Positions 27,219-38,834 of a DNA stretch of 64,000 bases are shown in pieces. The DNA is from Planctomycetota bacterium (GTDB lineage Bacteria > Planctomycetota > B15-G4 > JADJEK01): positions 1 through 64,000 of the forward strand of contig JBGAIQ010000013.1 of NCBI GenBank assembly GCA_044225365.1, read 5' to 3'. The position numbers were made by a program, and so were the translations under genes. The notes beneath the pieces are model-generated. The model saw only the letters and a program-made list of their open reading frames with translations. It ran no database searches and was not told the DNA's origin. Numbering within the stretch: position 1 is the stretch's first letter; every line of letters starts with the position of its first letter.

Positions 27219-28619
27219 ATGGGTTCCCAAGAACGGCGTTTCGGAGTCGAGGCAATGGCCGGCAAGCGAATGACGAAACGAAAGCCCGCGAGCGTCGATT
27301 CGCTGCTGCGTCGCCATCCGTTCGTGTCGCGAGTCGTGAAGGAGGGGTTTCGTCGCGGCGCGGTCGAACTCGCCGACTCGGCGGGTCTCGACCATCCCGA
27401 GGAGATCGCTCTCGGCGCGAAGAAACAGCTCGAATGGCTCGCTTCGAGATCGTCCCCGATCACGCTGGGCGAGCAGCCCTATCGAATCCTCGATGTCGAC
27501 GCCGGCGTTGGTCGCGTGGGTCTGTCGATCGCTTGCGGGTTCCCGCCGCGCGCGGTTCGCGTCGCGCTGTCGTCGCGCGATCGGATTGCGGCGGCCTTGC
27601 TCGGCTGGACCAGCGCGATCACGGGTCTCGCGCCGTCGGTCGAGGTCCTCGAGGCGGGACCGGGCTACGGCCCCGCGCGTTCCGCTCGCAGCGAAGCCTT
27701 CGACCTCGTTCTCGTCCGCCTGCGAGATGGGCTCATGCGCCGCGCGATCCGCGAACTCCTGCTCGGGGCGGGCACGCTCCTGAAGGACGATGGACTCGTC
27801 GCGTTCACGCATTCGAAGGCCATGCGCGAGGACGTCGCAGCGGTCTTCGCGCGCAACGACGAACAGAAGGGTTGGGTCGAGGTCGTGCGCGAGGTGAAGG
27901 GTCCGGCGATCGACTTGCGCGTCTGGAAGATCCGTCACGCGCTGCCCGATCCTCGCCTCGAGCACGACCCGTTGTTCCCGTGGCGCGTCGACGGACCGTC
28001 GCACGTGACGATCGGAGCGCGGCCCAACGCGCCCTTCGTGACGGTGATGTCCGTCGCGGAAGGCGACGCGGTCGCGCGGTACGCCGAGTTGCTCCTCGAG
28101 CGGCTCGAGGCCGAATCACCGCGCGAAGCGCTCGCGACGCGCGAGCGGGTCCTGGTGCTCGAGCCCGCGCACGGAAGACTCGCACTCCACCTGATCGATC
28201 GCCGCGAACCGCGGGAGATCGCGATGCTCTCGCGCGACACCTTGTCGATCGCGGTTTCGATTCGCAACGTCGACCTCGCGAGGGAGCGCTGGCGGGTCGA
28301 TCGCAGGGTCGGTCTCGTCATGCCCGCCGTTCGGCAGGATCTTCCGTTCCTGCCGGCCGCGAATTCCGGATACGACGTCATCGTCGGCGCCTTGGCGACC
28401 GATCAAGGCGCGCCCGCGCTCGCCGCGACCCTGGATTCGCTGCGCGACGCGCTCGCGCCCGAAGCCCTCGCGCTCGTCGCGATCGCCAAGAAGGCTTTGC
28501 CCGTGGTGAAGAAGGCGGCCTCGCAGGCGAAGCTGCGCGTCGATCACGTCGCCGCGGCGGGCTCCGACGCGGTCCTCACGTTGCGTGCCTTCGCCCGCAA
28601 TCGCCCGCGCGTCCGATGA
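27219..28619 (+). CDS. Hypothetical protein with two degenerate class I SAM-methyltransferase-like folds
   Basis: RILDVDAGVGRVG...FDLVL and RVLVLEPAHGRL...YDVIV. Start uncertain (27219 or 27254). Confidence 0.55.
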   Translation: MGSQERRFGVEAMAGKRMTKRKPASVDSLLRRHPFVSRVVKEGFRRGAVELADSAGLDHPEEIALGAKKQLEWLASRSSPITLGEQPYRILDVDAGVGRVGLSIACGFPPRAVRVALSSRDRIAAALLGWTSAITGLAPSVEVLEAGPGYGPARSARSEAFDLVLVRLRDGLMRRAIRELLLGAGTLLKDDGLVAFTHSKAMREDVAAVFARNDEQKGWVEVVREVKGPAIDLRVWKIRHALPDPRLEHDPLFPWRVDGPSHVTIGARPNAPFVTVMSVAEGDAVARYAELLLERLEAESPREALATRERVLVLEPAHGRLALHLIDRREPREIAMLSRDTLSIAVSIRNVDLARERWRVDRRVGLVMPAVRQDLPFLPAANSGYDVIVGALATDQGAPALAATLDSLRDALAPEALALVAIAKKALPVVKKAASQAKLRVDHVAAAGSDAVLTLRAFARNRPRVR

Positions 28620-28738
28620 ATCCGCAGTTCGGTTCCCGGCATTTCCGAGGGGGATGCATCCGGGCAATGAGCCTTTCGCCTCCCGCTTGCGCGCAATAGA
28701 ATCGACGCACGAGGAATCACGAGCGGAGGATCCGGGAA

Positions 28739-31264
28739 ATGCTCTGTCGCCCCACACTCTTGCCCACACTCTTGCCCATACTCTTGGTCGTTCTCGCGAC
28801 GGGCGCCATGGGGCCCCGTGCAGTGGGTCAGTCGTGTCCCCTCTTTCCCAACCCGCAATACGCGGTGCCGAAAGCTCCGTCCGCCGTCGCCATCGGTGAT
28901 CTCAACGGTGACGGACGAGCGGACCTTGCTGTCGTTTCCAAAGACTTGAACTCGCTTTCACTGCTCTACGGGGACGGCCACGGGGGCATTGCGGCCGAGC
29001 AACTCGGTATTCCCGTCGGTGCCAATCCCGTCGCGGTCGCGCTCGGTGACATGAACGGCGATGGCACGCGGGACGTCGTGGTGGCGAACAACATTTCCAA
29101 CGACGCCGCGATCCTGTTCGTCGCGGCCGGAGGTGGGATTACCGGGAAGGTATCGTTGCCCGTCAGCGCTCGTCCGACCGGAATCGCGATCGGCGATCTG
29201 AACGGCGACGGCAAGTCGGACCTCGCGGTCTCGGTCGATTCGAAACACAGCGTCGCCGTGATACTCGGCACGGTGGGCGGATTCACCGCGCCGGTGTACG
29301 TCGGCGGTCCGCACGATGCGTCTTCGGTCGCGATCGGTGATTTGAACGGCGACGGCACCGCGGACCTCGCGGTCGCGAACTCGGACGCGGGAACGGTCGC
29401 GGTCCTCGCCGGCAACGGGTTCGGCGGCTTTGCTCCTCAGGCGGCATTCCATGTCGGCCTCAGCCCTACCGCCGTCGCCGTCGGCGACCTGAATGGGGAC
29501 GGGCATCTCGACCTCGCCGTCGCGACGGGGCAAGCGACTGTTTCTATCCTGCTCGGCAACGGGCCGGCAGGATTCTCCGCTCCGGTCAGCTATCCAACGG
29601 CGACTCAACCCCTGTCCGTTGCGATCGGCGACCTGAATGGCGACGGGGCGCCCGATCTCGCGCTCGCCTGCTTCAACCTGGATGGAGTGGTTTCGATGCT
29701 CGCTGGCGACGGCCTCGGGAGCTTCGGGGCGGCGCAGAGTCTCTCCGTTGGAGCGTCGTCGAAGGGCCTCGCACTCGGTGATCTGAACGGAGACGCACAG
29801 CTCGACATCGCGGTCACCAGCCTCTCGGCGAACTACCTGTCCCTGTTCGTTTCGAACGGGCCGCTCGGTTTCGACGTCTCGCCCAACGTTCCCGTCGGTC
29901 CCCATCCGAACGCCGTCGCAGCGGGAGATCTGAACTCGGATGGCGAACCGGATCTCGTCGTTGCGCCCGGAGGTCCGGCGTCCGTTGCGATCGCGCTCTC
30001 GAACGGGAGCGGCGGGTTCGGTGCAGCGTCGTTCCTGACGACGGGCCAGAATCCGTCGGGCGTCGCCATCGCGGATCTGAACGGCGACGGAGCCCAGGAT
30101 CTCGCTGTCGCGAATCATGACTCCGACGACGTGAGAGTCTACTTCGGAACGGGCCACGGTACTTTCGGTCCGCCCACGATCTTGACGGCGGGCACTCATC
30201 CGCAAGCAATCGTCGCACGAGACCTGAATGGCGACGCCCGGCCCGATCTCGTTATCGCCAACGAGAGCTCGAACAATGTCTCGATCCTGCTCGCGGCGCC
30301 TGGCGGCGTCTTCACCGGACCCAAGAACTTCGCTGTCGGCGTGCAGCCAATCGCCCTGGCGGTCGGCGACTTGAACGGGGATGGAAAACCGGACCTCGCG
30401 GTCGCGAACTTGGTATCGGGCGACGTTTCGATCCTCATCGCGAAGGGCGGAGGCGACTTCAAGTTCGCGGTGAGCAACCCGGGTGGGGGAAGGTCGATGG
30501 CCATCGGCGACTTGAACGGAGACGGCAAGCCGGACTTCGTTGTCGCGATTGATGCATCGGAGAAGATTGCCATTCGATTCGGGAACGGGAACGGCGCGTT
30601 CGGCCCTGCGACCGTGTACTCGGTCGGGTATTACGCGACGGGCGTCGCCGTGGCCGATTTCAACGGGGACGGCAAGCAGGACATCGCCGTTTCGCACCTG
30701 GTGTCGAACAGCCTCCTCGTCCTCGCCGGAAACGGAACGGGCGGATTCACCACGCAGAGCTACGCGGCGGGCACGGCCCCAGTCGGGCTCGCGGTCGCGG
30801 ACTTCGATTCCAACGGCACCCCGGACGTCGCGGTCGCCAACTCCGATTCGAACTATCTGACGATCCTGCTGAATCGGATGCCGTGCTCGTCGTTCACGTC
30901 GTACGGCGATGGCTGTCCCGGACCGGCCGGTACGCCGACGCTGGGGGGCTTCGGTTATCCAGCGCCCGGGCATCCGGTCGCTCTCATCGTCACCGGCCCT
31001 CCGCTCACGCCGAGCCTCCTCCTGTTCGGTCTCGGCACCAATTCGATTCCTTTGAGTTCGGCATGCACGCTCGACATCGTGCCGCTCCTCCCGTCGCTCG
31101 CGGTGGCCTTCGCACCATCGTCGAACGGGACCTTCACGTTGGTAGGGACGCTTCCGCCGTCGATGCCGCTGTTCGACCTGTACCTGCAGGCCCTGCTCGC
31201 GGCGCCCGGCGCTCCGGGCGGGATCGCGGCGACCAATGCGCTACAACTTCACGTCGGCTCCTGA
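28739..31264 (+). CDS. Exported FG-GAP/VCBS repeat protein with shared C-terminal YGxGC domain
   Basis: More than a dozen [GA]DLNGDG..DLAV repeats, GGAG RBS, signal peptide, C-terminus YGDGCPG...LYLQA...ATNALQLHVG. Confidence 0.93.
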   Translation: MLCRPTLLPTLLPILLVVLATGAMGPRAVGQSCPLFPNPQYAVPKAPSAVAIGDLNGDGRADLAVVSKDLNSLSLLYGDGHGGIAAEQLGIPVGANPVAVALGDMNGDGTRDVVVANNISNDAAILFVAAGGGITGKVSLPVSARPTGIAIGDLNGDGKSDLAVSVDSKHSVAVILGTVGGFTAPVYVGGPHDASSVAIGDLNGDGTADLAVANSDAGTVAVLAGNGFGGFAPQAAFHVGLSPTAVAVGDLNGDGHLDLAVATGQATVSILLGNGPAGFSAPVSYPTATQPLSVAIGDLNGDGAPDLALACFNLDGVVSMLAGDGLGSFGAAQSLSVGASSKGLALGDLNGDAQLDIAVTSLSANYLSLFVSNGPLGFDVSPNVPVGPHPNAVAAGDLNSDGEPDLVVAPGGPASVAIALSNGSGGFGAASFLTTGQNPSGVAIADLNGDGAQDLAVANHDSDDVRVYFGTGHGTFGPPTILTAGTHPQAIVARDLNGDARPDLVIANESSNNVSILLAAPGGVFTGPKNFAVGVQPIALAVGDLNGDGKPDLAVANLVSGDVSILIAKGGGDFKFAVSNPGGGRSMAIGDLNGDGKPDFVVAIDASEKIAIRFGNGNGAFGPATVYSVGYYATGVAVADFNGDGKQDIAVSHLVSNSLLVLAGNGTGGFTTQSYAAGTAPVGLAVADFDSNGTPDVAVANSDSNYLTILLNRMPCSSFTSYGDGCPGPAGTPTLGGFGYPAPGHPVALIVTGPPLTPSLLLFGLGTNSIPLSSACTLDIVPLLPSLAVAFAPSSNGTFTLVGTLPPSMPLFDLYLQALLAAPGAPGGIAATNALQLHVGS
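28751..28786 (+). repeat. 3 x 12-bp tandem repeat in signal peptide coding region
   Basis: CCCACACTCTTG CCCACACTCTTG CCCATACTCTTG encodes PTLL PTLL PILL. Confidence 0.85.
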
Positions 31265-31352
31265 GCGTACGCGGATGGGATCGACTCCCGCGGAGCGGTC
31301 GCGAGCCTGACGAAGTCGCCTGCCGGCCGAAGCATCAGGTAGACTTCACCCG

Positions 31353-32990
<1,638 letters not shown>

Positions 32991-32997
32991 CCCACGA

Positions 32998-34731
32998 ATG
33001 AGACGGACTGCATCCTCGGTGATCGGCACGGCGCTTCCGCTCGTGCTCAGCTTCTGCGGGCGCTTCGCCGTCGCGCAGGATCAGGATTTCCCCGGTCTCG
33101 CGTCCGTCGTCTCGCGCGATTCGATGCTCTATGTCTCGATCGAGGACCGCGCCAGTTTCGTGCGACGGGCGGACGACACGCGCATTTGCCAGGCCCTCGC
33201 CGAATACGACGACGATGATGTCGGAAAGCTCTTCACCATGCTCGCCGCCGAGAGCTCGATGTTCCTGGCGCCGCCCGTGGTCGAGCTCGCGCGCTTCATC
33301 GTCCGTCACGGGCATGGAGAGTTCGCATTGTCCGTCGAGGGCATGGTCGTCGATCACGATCAGCTCCAGCCCGACATCCTCGCGATCGCGGCGAAGTCCG
33401 GGCTCGAGGACGCCCTGAAGCTGCTCGATCGCTGCGCAGCGGGCGATTCCGACGCGCCCGACGACCTCGAGGACCTCGACCTCCCGATCGACCTCTCGGA
33501 TCTGAAAGTGAGTAGGGCCAAGCTCGACGATGGGTCGTCCTACCTCGACCTCACGCTTCCAGGCCGAGGCCGGATGGCGATCACGGAGAGCGACAACCGG
33601 GTCTGGATCGCATCCAGCGCGCCAACGCTGAAGCGAGGGCTCGAGCGGTCGCGCAACGCATCATTTGGATCGCTGCGCGACAGCCTGCGTTTTCGGGAGC
33701 TGTGGCGCAACCTCGATCCGAGGCCGGGCTCGCTCGTCGGCTACGCCAATCTGCGACGCATTCGCCAGGACGGTGTGCTCGCGGGCAACGTGGCGCCGTG
33801 GGTGACGAGCTTGCTCGATTCGAAGCTCTCGGGATTCGACGGCATCGCTCTCGCGGTCCGCGGAATGGGCGGCAAGTTCTCGGCTCACGTCGAACTCGAA
33901 CGGGGACACACCAGCGGCGACGAGCCGCTCCTCCGCGACAACGAAGTGCTGACGTATCCTGCGAAGCTCCCGGCGAGCCCGTTCGTCGCCGCCTTGCGGC
34001 TCGACGCTCCGGAGATCGCGGTATCGCTACGAAACCTGCTCTTCCTCGGCGGCAATATCCACGCGAGTGAGAGGGTCGAGGAATTCGTGGAGGAATGCGG
34101 AGGGGCGCGGGCGTTCGAACCCCTCGGTCGCGCCATTGGAGGCGAGTTCGACGCGTTCGTCATCGGTGCCGACGAGATCGTGGACCAGCTTCCTCGCCTC
34201 GGCGCGCGCATCGAGTTGCGCGATCGCAAGCTCCTCGAGCACGTCCTCGACGAATTGTCGAAGATCGCGCCGAAGCGCATCCAGAAGGGCGTTCTCGTCG
34301 GCGAAACCGCCTACACCCTCGCGATCACCGGCCCGGCGATCGCAACCGACCCGGTGCTCGTCGTGCGTGACGACGAAGTGATCGTCGCGACCAGCGGCTC
34401 CCACTTGCGAGAGGTGCTCGAAGCCGAGAAGCGGAGCGAGACGACGGGAGCCGCGAAGCGCTTTCTGCGGGCCTTCGACGACCTGGACACCGATTCATCG
34501 GCCCGGTCGGTCGCGCATCTCTTCGTGGATTCGGTCGCGCTGTCGTCGGCGTTCTCCGTGTGGCTGCCTGCTTTCTTCCGTTTCGCGCCGAAGCCCTCGC
34601 GGGCGAACCAGCTGCTGCCCGCGTTGTTCCACCTCCTTGGCGATCCCGACATCCAGGAAGCGATGGATCACATCGTGGTCCGCGCTCAATCGAGACCATC
34701 GGGCGCGCGCATCGATCTCATCGGGCCGTGA
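32998..34731 (+). CDS. Exported hypothetical protein (possibly DUF3352-like)
   Basis: ATG 8 nt after the upstream stop, signal AVA-Q, GC3-biased long ORF. The family guess is weak. Confidence 0.7.
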   Translation: MRRTASSVIGTALPLVLSFCGRFAVAQDQDFPGLASVVSRDSMLYVSIEDRASFVRRADDTRICQALAEYDDDDVGKLFTMLAAESSMFLAPPVVELARFIVRHGHGEFALSVEGMVVDHDQLQPDILAIAAKSGLEDALKLLDRCAAGDSDAPDDLEDLDLPIDLSDLKVSRAKLDDGSSYLDLTLPGRGRMAITESDNRVWIASSAPTLKRGLERSRNASFGSLRDSLRFRELWRNLDPRPGSLVGYANLRRIRQDGVLAGNVAPWVTSLLDSKLSGFDGIALAVRGMGGKFSAHVELERGHTSGDEPLLRDNEVLTYPAKLPASPFVAALRLDAPEIAVSLRNLLFLGGNIHASERVEEFVEECGGARAFEPLGRAIGGEFDAFVIGADEIVDQLPRLGARIELRDRKLLEHVLDELSKIAPKRIQKGVLVGETAYTLAITGPAIATDPVLVVRDDEVIVATSGSHLREVLEAEKRSETTGAAKRFLRAFDDLDTDSSARSVAHLFVDSVALSSAFSVWLPAFFRFAPKPSRANQLLPALFHLLGDPDIQEAMDHIVVRAQSRPSGARIDLIGP

Positions 34732-34904
34732 GCGGGCGCATCGGGACCGACGGCCCGCGCGACAAAAAACACCATCGCACGGAATTTGCGGCGACTGCGA
34801 CGCTATTCTTTCGCGCCATCGAGAGGCAGCGGTCGGGGCGTCCTGGATCTTGGTCGATCCGATCCGATCGCACAGTTCATCGTTCCTGAAGGAACGCATT
34901 TCCC

Positions 34905-36254
34905 ATGGTCACGCGAGGAAGCGGCCCTACGGCCGCGATACCGACCGCCGGCAACACCGACGAGGTGGGGGAGCCGCGCGGAGAAGATCCGGACCCGTCA
35001 TCTACGAACCGCATCGCGCAGCTGAAGCCGGTCGTCCCGGCTGCGCGGGCGGGCCACAAGAAATCGAACGGTTCGACGTCGCTAGCGCTCCCCCGCGCAC
35101 GAGCCCAAGTCTCGTCCGCGGGGTTCGTCGTAGGCGACGCGACCCGCGCCTGGCGCGACCGCTTGTTCCCCGATGTCTCGGATGATGATTGGAACGATTG
35201 GAAGTGGCAGCTTCGCAATCGCACCCGCGGGATGAAGGAACTGCTCCGCCAGATGAACCTGACGGACGACGAGAAGGCCACTGTCGAGCAGCTCGGTGAT
35301 CGCTTGCCGGTCGGCATCACCCCGTACTACATGTCGCGCATGGATCCCTTGGATCCGTCCGACCCGCTGCGGCGAACGATGGTCCCGATCTCCGGCGAGT
35401 TCAAGAACTCGCCCGGCGAACTCGAGGACCCGCTCGGCGAAGATCACGACATGCCGGTCCCGGGTCTCGTCCATCGTTATCCCGATCGCGTGCTCTTCCT
35501 GATCACGAGTTTCTGCGCCACGTACTGTCGCTACTGCACGCGGTCGCGTCTCGTCGGCAAGACAGGCGAGTACCACTTCGGCAACGATCAGTACGAGAAG
35601 GCGATCGACTACATCGCGAGGACACCCGCGATCCGCGACGTCCTGATCTCCGGCGGCGACCCCCTCACGATGCCCGACGAGCGCATCGAGTGGCTCCTGA
35701 AGCGGCTGCGCGCGATCCCGCATGTCGAATTCCTGCGGATCGGCACCAAGGTGCCCGCGGTATTGCCGCAGCGCATTACGCCGGCGCTCACGCGAATGCT
35801 GAAGCGGTATCACCCGCTGTGGATGAGCATCCACGTCATGCATCCGAACGAGCTCACTCCCGAGGTCGGTCAGGCCTGTGCGCGACTCGCCGATGCGGGC
35901 ATCCCGCTCGGCAGTCAGACCGTGCTCGTGAAGGACGTCAACGACGACGTCGACACGATGAAGCGGCTGATGCACGGGCTCCTGCGCTTCCGGGTGCGCC
36001 CGTACTACATCTATCAGGCCGATCCCATCCCGGGATCGAGCCACTTCAAGGTGCCGGTGGAGAAGGGCCTCGAGATCATCGAGGGCCTCCGCGGTCACAC
36101 GACGGGCTACGCGGTGCCGACCTACGTCATCGATGCTCCGGGCGGAGGCGGCAAGATCCCGCTGATGCCGAACTACGTGGTCGGTCGCGACGAAGCGGGA
36201 AACGTGATCTTGCGCAACTACGCGCAGAAGCAGTACACGTACCCCGACGCCTGA
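34905..36254 (+). CDS. kamA: KamA-family radical SAM enzyme (lysine 2,3-aminomutase-like)
   Basis: WNDWKWQL, HRYPDRVL, CATYCRYC, SGGDPL, RIGTK, YIYQAD and DAPGGGGK (PLP Lys). Confidence 0.93.
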   Translation: MVTRGSGPTAAIPTAGNTDEVGEPRGEDPDPSSTNRIAQLKPVVPAARAGHKKSNGSTSLALPRARAQVSSAGFVVGDATRAWRDRLFPDVSDDDWNDWKWQLRNRTRGMKELLRQMNLTDDEKATVEQLGDRLPVGITPYYMSRMDPLDPSDPLRRTMVPISGEFKNSPGELEDPLGEDHDMPVPGLVHRYPDRVLFLITSFCATYCRYCTRSRLVGKTGEYHFGNDQYEKAIDYIARTPAIRDVLISGGDPLTMPDERIEWLLKRLRAIPHVEFLRIGTKVPAVLPQRITPALTRMLKRYHPLWMSIHVMHPNELTPEVGQACARLADAGIPLGSQTVLVKDVNDDVDTMKRLMHGLLRFRVRPYYIYQADPIPGSSHFKVPVEKGLEIIEGLRGHTTGYAVPTYVIDAPGGGGKIPLMPNYVVGRDEAGNVILRNYAQKQYTYPDA

Positions 36255-36306
36255 TCCTCGTTCGAGCCCTGCTTCGCGACGCGGGCGCAGCCTCGTTGGA
36301 AACACC

Positions 36307-37296
36307 ATGCGCGTTGGACTCACCTACGACCTTCGAGATGACTACCTCGCGCTCGGCTTCGACGAGGAGATGGTGGCCGAATGCGATCGACGCGACACGA
36401 TCGATGCCCTCGCGGGCGCGATCGAAGCCGCGGACCACGAAGTCGATCGCATCGGCAACGTCTACGCACTCGTGAAGCGCCTCGCGGCGGGCGATCGTTG
36501 GGATCTCGTCTTCAACATCGCGGAAGGCCTCTACGGATTCGGCCGCGAGTCCGCGATTCCCGCGTTGCTCGACGCCTACCAGATCCCGCAGGTCTTCTCC
36601 GACGCGCTCGTCTGCGCCGTCACATTGCACAAGGCGACCGCGAAGCAGATCCTGCGCGATTCGGGTTTGCCCACTCCCGAGTTCTTCCTCGTGCAGACGA
36701 AAGCGGACATCGCGAGGGTCGATCTCCCGGGCGTGCTCTTCGCCAAACCGGTCGCGGAAGGTACGAGCAAGGGCATCGACGCCAAGGCGCGGATCTCGAA
36801 TCGGCGCGAGCTCGAGGACGTTTGTGAACGGCTCCTCGAGCGCTTCAAGCAACCCGTGCTCGTGGAACGCTTCCTTCCGGGGCGCGAGGTCACGGTCGGC
36901 GTGCTCGGTACCGGCAATGAAGCGCGCGCCGTCGCCACGCTCGAGGTGCTCCTCAAGGCCACCGCCGAACCGATGGTCTACACCTACAAGAACAAGGAAG
37001 AGTGCGAGAAGTACGTCGAGTACCGCATCATCCACGACGAGTTCGCGAAGCGCTGCGAGGACCTCGCGGTGAAGGCGTGGCGCACGCTGAATTGCCGCGA
37101 TGGCGGTCGCGTCGATCTGCGCGCCAACGAAGCGGGCGAGCCGGAGATCCTCGAGCTGAATCCGCTACCGGGAATGCACCCCGAGCATTCGGACCTGCCG
37201 ATCCTGTCGGGCCTTGCCGGGATGAGCTACCCAAAGCTCGTGCGCGAGATCGTCCAGTCCGCGCTCGCACGCGTGAAGCGCCCGCAACCAAGATGA
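36307..37296 (+). CDS. D-Ala-D-Ala-ligase-like ATP-grasp protein 1
   Basis: VFNIAEG, KPVAEGTSKGI, VLVERFLPGRE.TVG, GRVDLR, ELNPLPG. Confidence 0.9.
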   Translation: MRVGLTYDLRDDYLALGFDEEMVAECDRRDTIDALAGAIEAADHEVDRIGNVYALVKRLAAGDRWDLVFNIAEGLYGFGRESAIPALLDAYQIPQVFSDALVCAVTLHKATAKQILRDSGLPTPEFFLVQTKADIARVDLPGVLFAKPVAEGTSKGIDAKARISNRRELEDVCERLLERFKQPVLVERFLPGREVTVGVLGTGNEARAVATLEVLLKATAEPMVYTYKNKEECEKYVEYRIIHDEFAKRCEDLAVKAWRTLNCRDGGRVDLRANEAGEPEILELNPLPGMHPEHSDLPILSGLAGMSYPKLVREIVQSALARVKRPQPR

Positions 37297-38327
37297 CGGC
37301 GGCGAACGCCAAGGGTCTCGTCGTCGTCCTCCTCGAGCGTCTGCCGCCGAACGCGCGCACCGACGAGTCCGATTCGCTCGCGCAGGCGAGCCTCGTCGAG
37401 TCGGCGCTGCGAACGCTCGGCTACGAGACCGCGCGCGTCCACATCGATCTCGATCTCGGCGCGGCGGCGAGTTCGATCACGAGCCTCGCGCCCGACTGCG
37501 TCTTCAATCTCGCCGAGTCCGTCGGACGGACCGGGCGATTCGCGCATCTCCCGACGGGGTTGCTCGAGTCGCTCGGAATCCCCTTCACGGGTAGCCACGA
37601 CGCGGCGATGTACGTGACTTCGAACAAGCCGTTGTTCAAGAAGATGGCGGACCTCCTCGGATTTCCGACTCCGCTCGCGTATTCGATCGAAGAGCTGCGA
37701 GGAGGCGTGGAGGTCGAGGCGGGCGATTACATCGTGAAGTCCGCGTTCGAGGAGGGATCGGTCGGTCTCGACGAAGACTCCGTCGTCACCGTGAAGGACA
37801 CGAAAGAACTCGAGAACGCAATCACGAGTCGCTTGTCTCGGATCGGCGGAGCAGGCTTCGCCGAGCGCTACATCGATGGCCGGGAGTTCAACCTCGGGCT
37901 GCTCTCGAAGCACGGGGGCGTGGTCGCGCTGCCGCCAGCGGAGATCGTTTTCCAGGACTACCCGACCTCGAAGCGAAAGGTCGTCGGATACACGGCGAAG
38001 TGGGATGAATCCTCCTTCGAGTACAAGAACACTCCGCGCACATTCGAATTCGCCAAAGCCGACGAGCGATTGCTGCAGGACATGAAACGGATGGCGACCG
38101 CTTGCTGGGCCGCGTTCGACCTGCGGGGCTACGCTCGCGTCGATTTCCGCGTCGACGCGGCGGGCAGTCCATGGATCCTCGAGATCAATGCGAACCCGTG
38201 TCTCTCCGAGGACGCCGGCTTCATGGCCGCATGCGTGCACATGGGTCTCTCCGTGCGTGATGTCGTCGAACGAATCGTCGATGCCGCGCTCGAACGAGCC
38301 CCGATGCAACGCGAGGTGAGACCGTGA
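37293..38327 (+). CDS. D-Ala-D-Ala-ligase-like ATP-grasp protein 2
   Basis: VFNLAES, PFTGS, IVKSAFEEGSVG, ERYIDGREFN, AKW, YARVDFR, EINANPCLS. ATGA-coupled. Confidence 0.9.
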   Translation: MTAANAKGLVVVLLERLPPNARTDESDSLAQASLVESALRTLGYETARVHIDLDLGAAASSITSLAPDCVFNLAESVGRTGRFAHLPTGLLESLGIPFTGSHDAAMYVTSNKPLFKKMADLLGFPTPLAYSIEELRGGVEVEAGDYIVKSAFEEGSVGLDEDSVVTVKDTKELENAITSRLSRIGGAGFAERYIDGREFNLGLLSKHGGVVALPPAEIVFQDYPTSKRKVVGYTAKWDESSFEYKNTPRTFEFAKADERLLQDMKRMATACWAAFDLRGYARVDFRVDAAGSPWILEINANPCLSEDAGFMAACVHMGLSVRDVVERIVDAALERAPMQREVRP

Positions 38328-38821
38328 CGGGCGAGTCGTGCGACCGCTTCCGAACCGAGCCGCGTCGCAGCGACGCCGTCGCGGTCCACGCGCTCATCGC
38401 CCGCACCGGGTTCTTCAATCCCGAAGAAGTCCGCATCGCGCAGGAACTCGTCGACGAACGACTGGAGCGCGGCGTAGCGAGCGGGTACGAGTTCCTCTTC
38501 GCCGATGACGAGAGCGGGAATCCGATCGGCTACACGTGCTACGGGAAGATCGATGGCACGGCGAGCAGCTACGACCTGTACTGGATCGCGGTGGCCCCGA
38601 GCAGCCAGCGCACGGGCCTGGGGCGCCGACTCCTCGCTGAGAGCGAACGCCTCATCGCACTCCGCGGTGGGCGACGCATCTACGTCGAGACGTCGAGTCG
38701 CGATCAATATCATCCGACTCGCGCGTTCTACGAGCGCTGCGGGTACCGGATGGAAGCCGTGCTGCCCGACTTCTACGCCGATGGCGATGGCAAGGTGATC
38801 TACTGCCGCGAAGTGTTCTGA
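38324..38821 (+). CDS. GNAT family N-acetyltransferase
   Basis: YDLYWIAV.P..QRTGLGRRLL, YVETS, FYERCGY. GTGA-coupled. Confidence 0.92.
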   Translation: MTGESCDRFRTEPRRSDAVAVHALIARTGFFNPEEVRIAQELVDERLERGVASGYEFLFADDESGNPIGYTCYGKIDGTASSYDLYWIAVAPSSQRTGLGRRLLAESERLIALRGGRRIYVETSSRDQYHPTRAFYERCGYRMEAVLPDFYADGDGKVIYCREVF

Positions 38822-38834
38822 GCGATCGTCCGGG

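Noticed and set aside
34775-34790. TCGCACGGAATTTGCG upstream of kamA as a sigma54 promoter
   Set aside because: Close to consensus, but the invariant -24 GG is CG.
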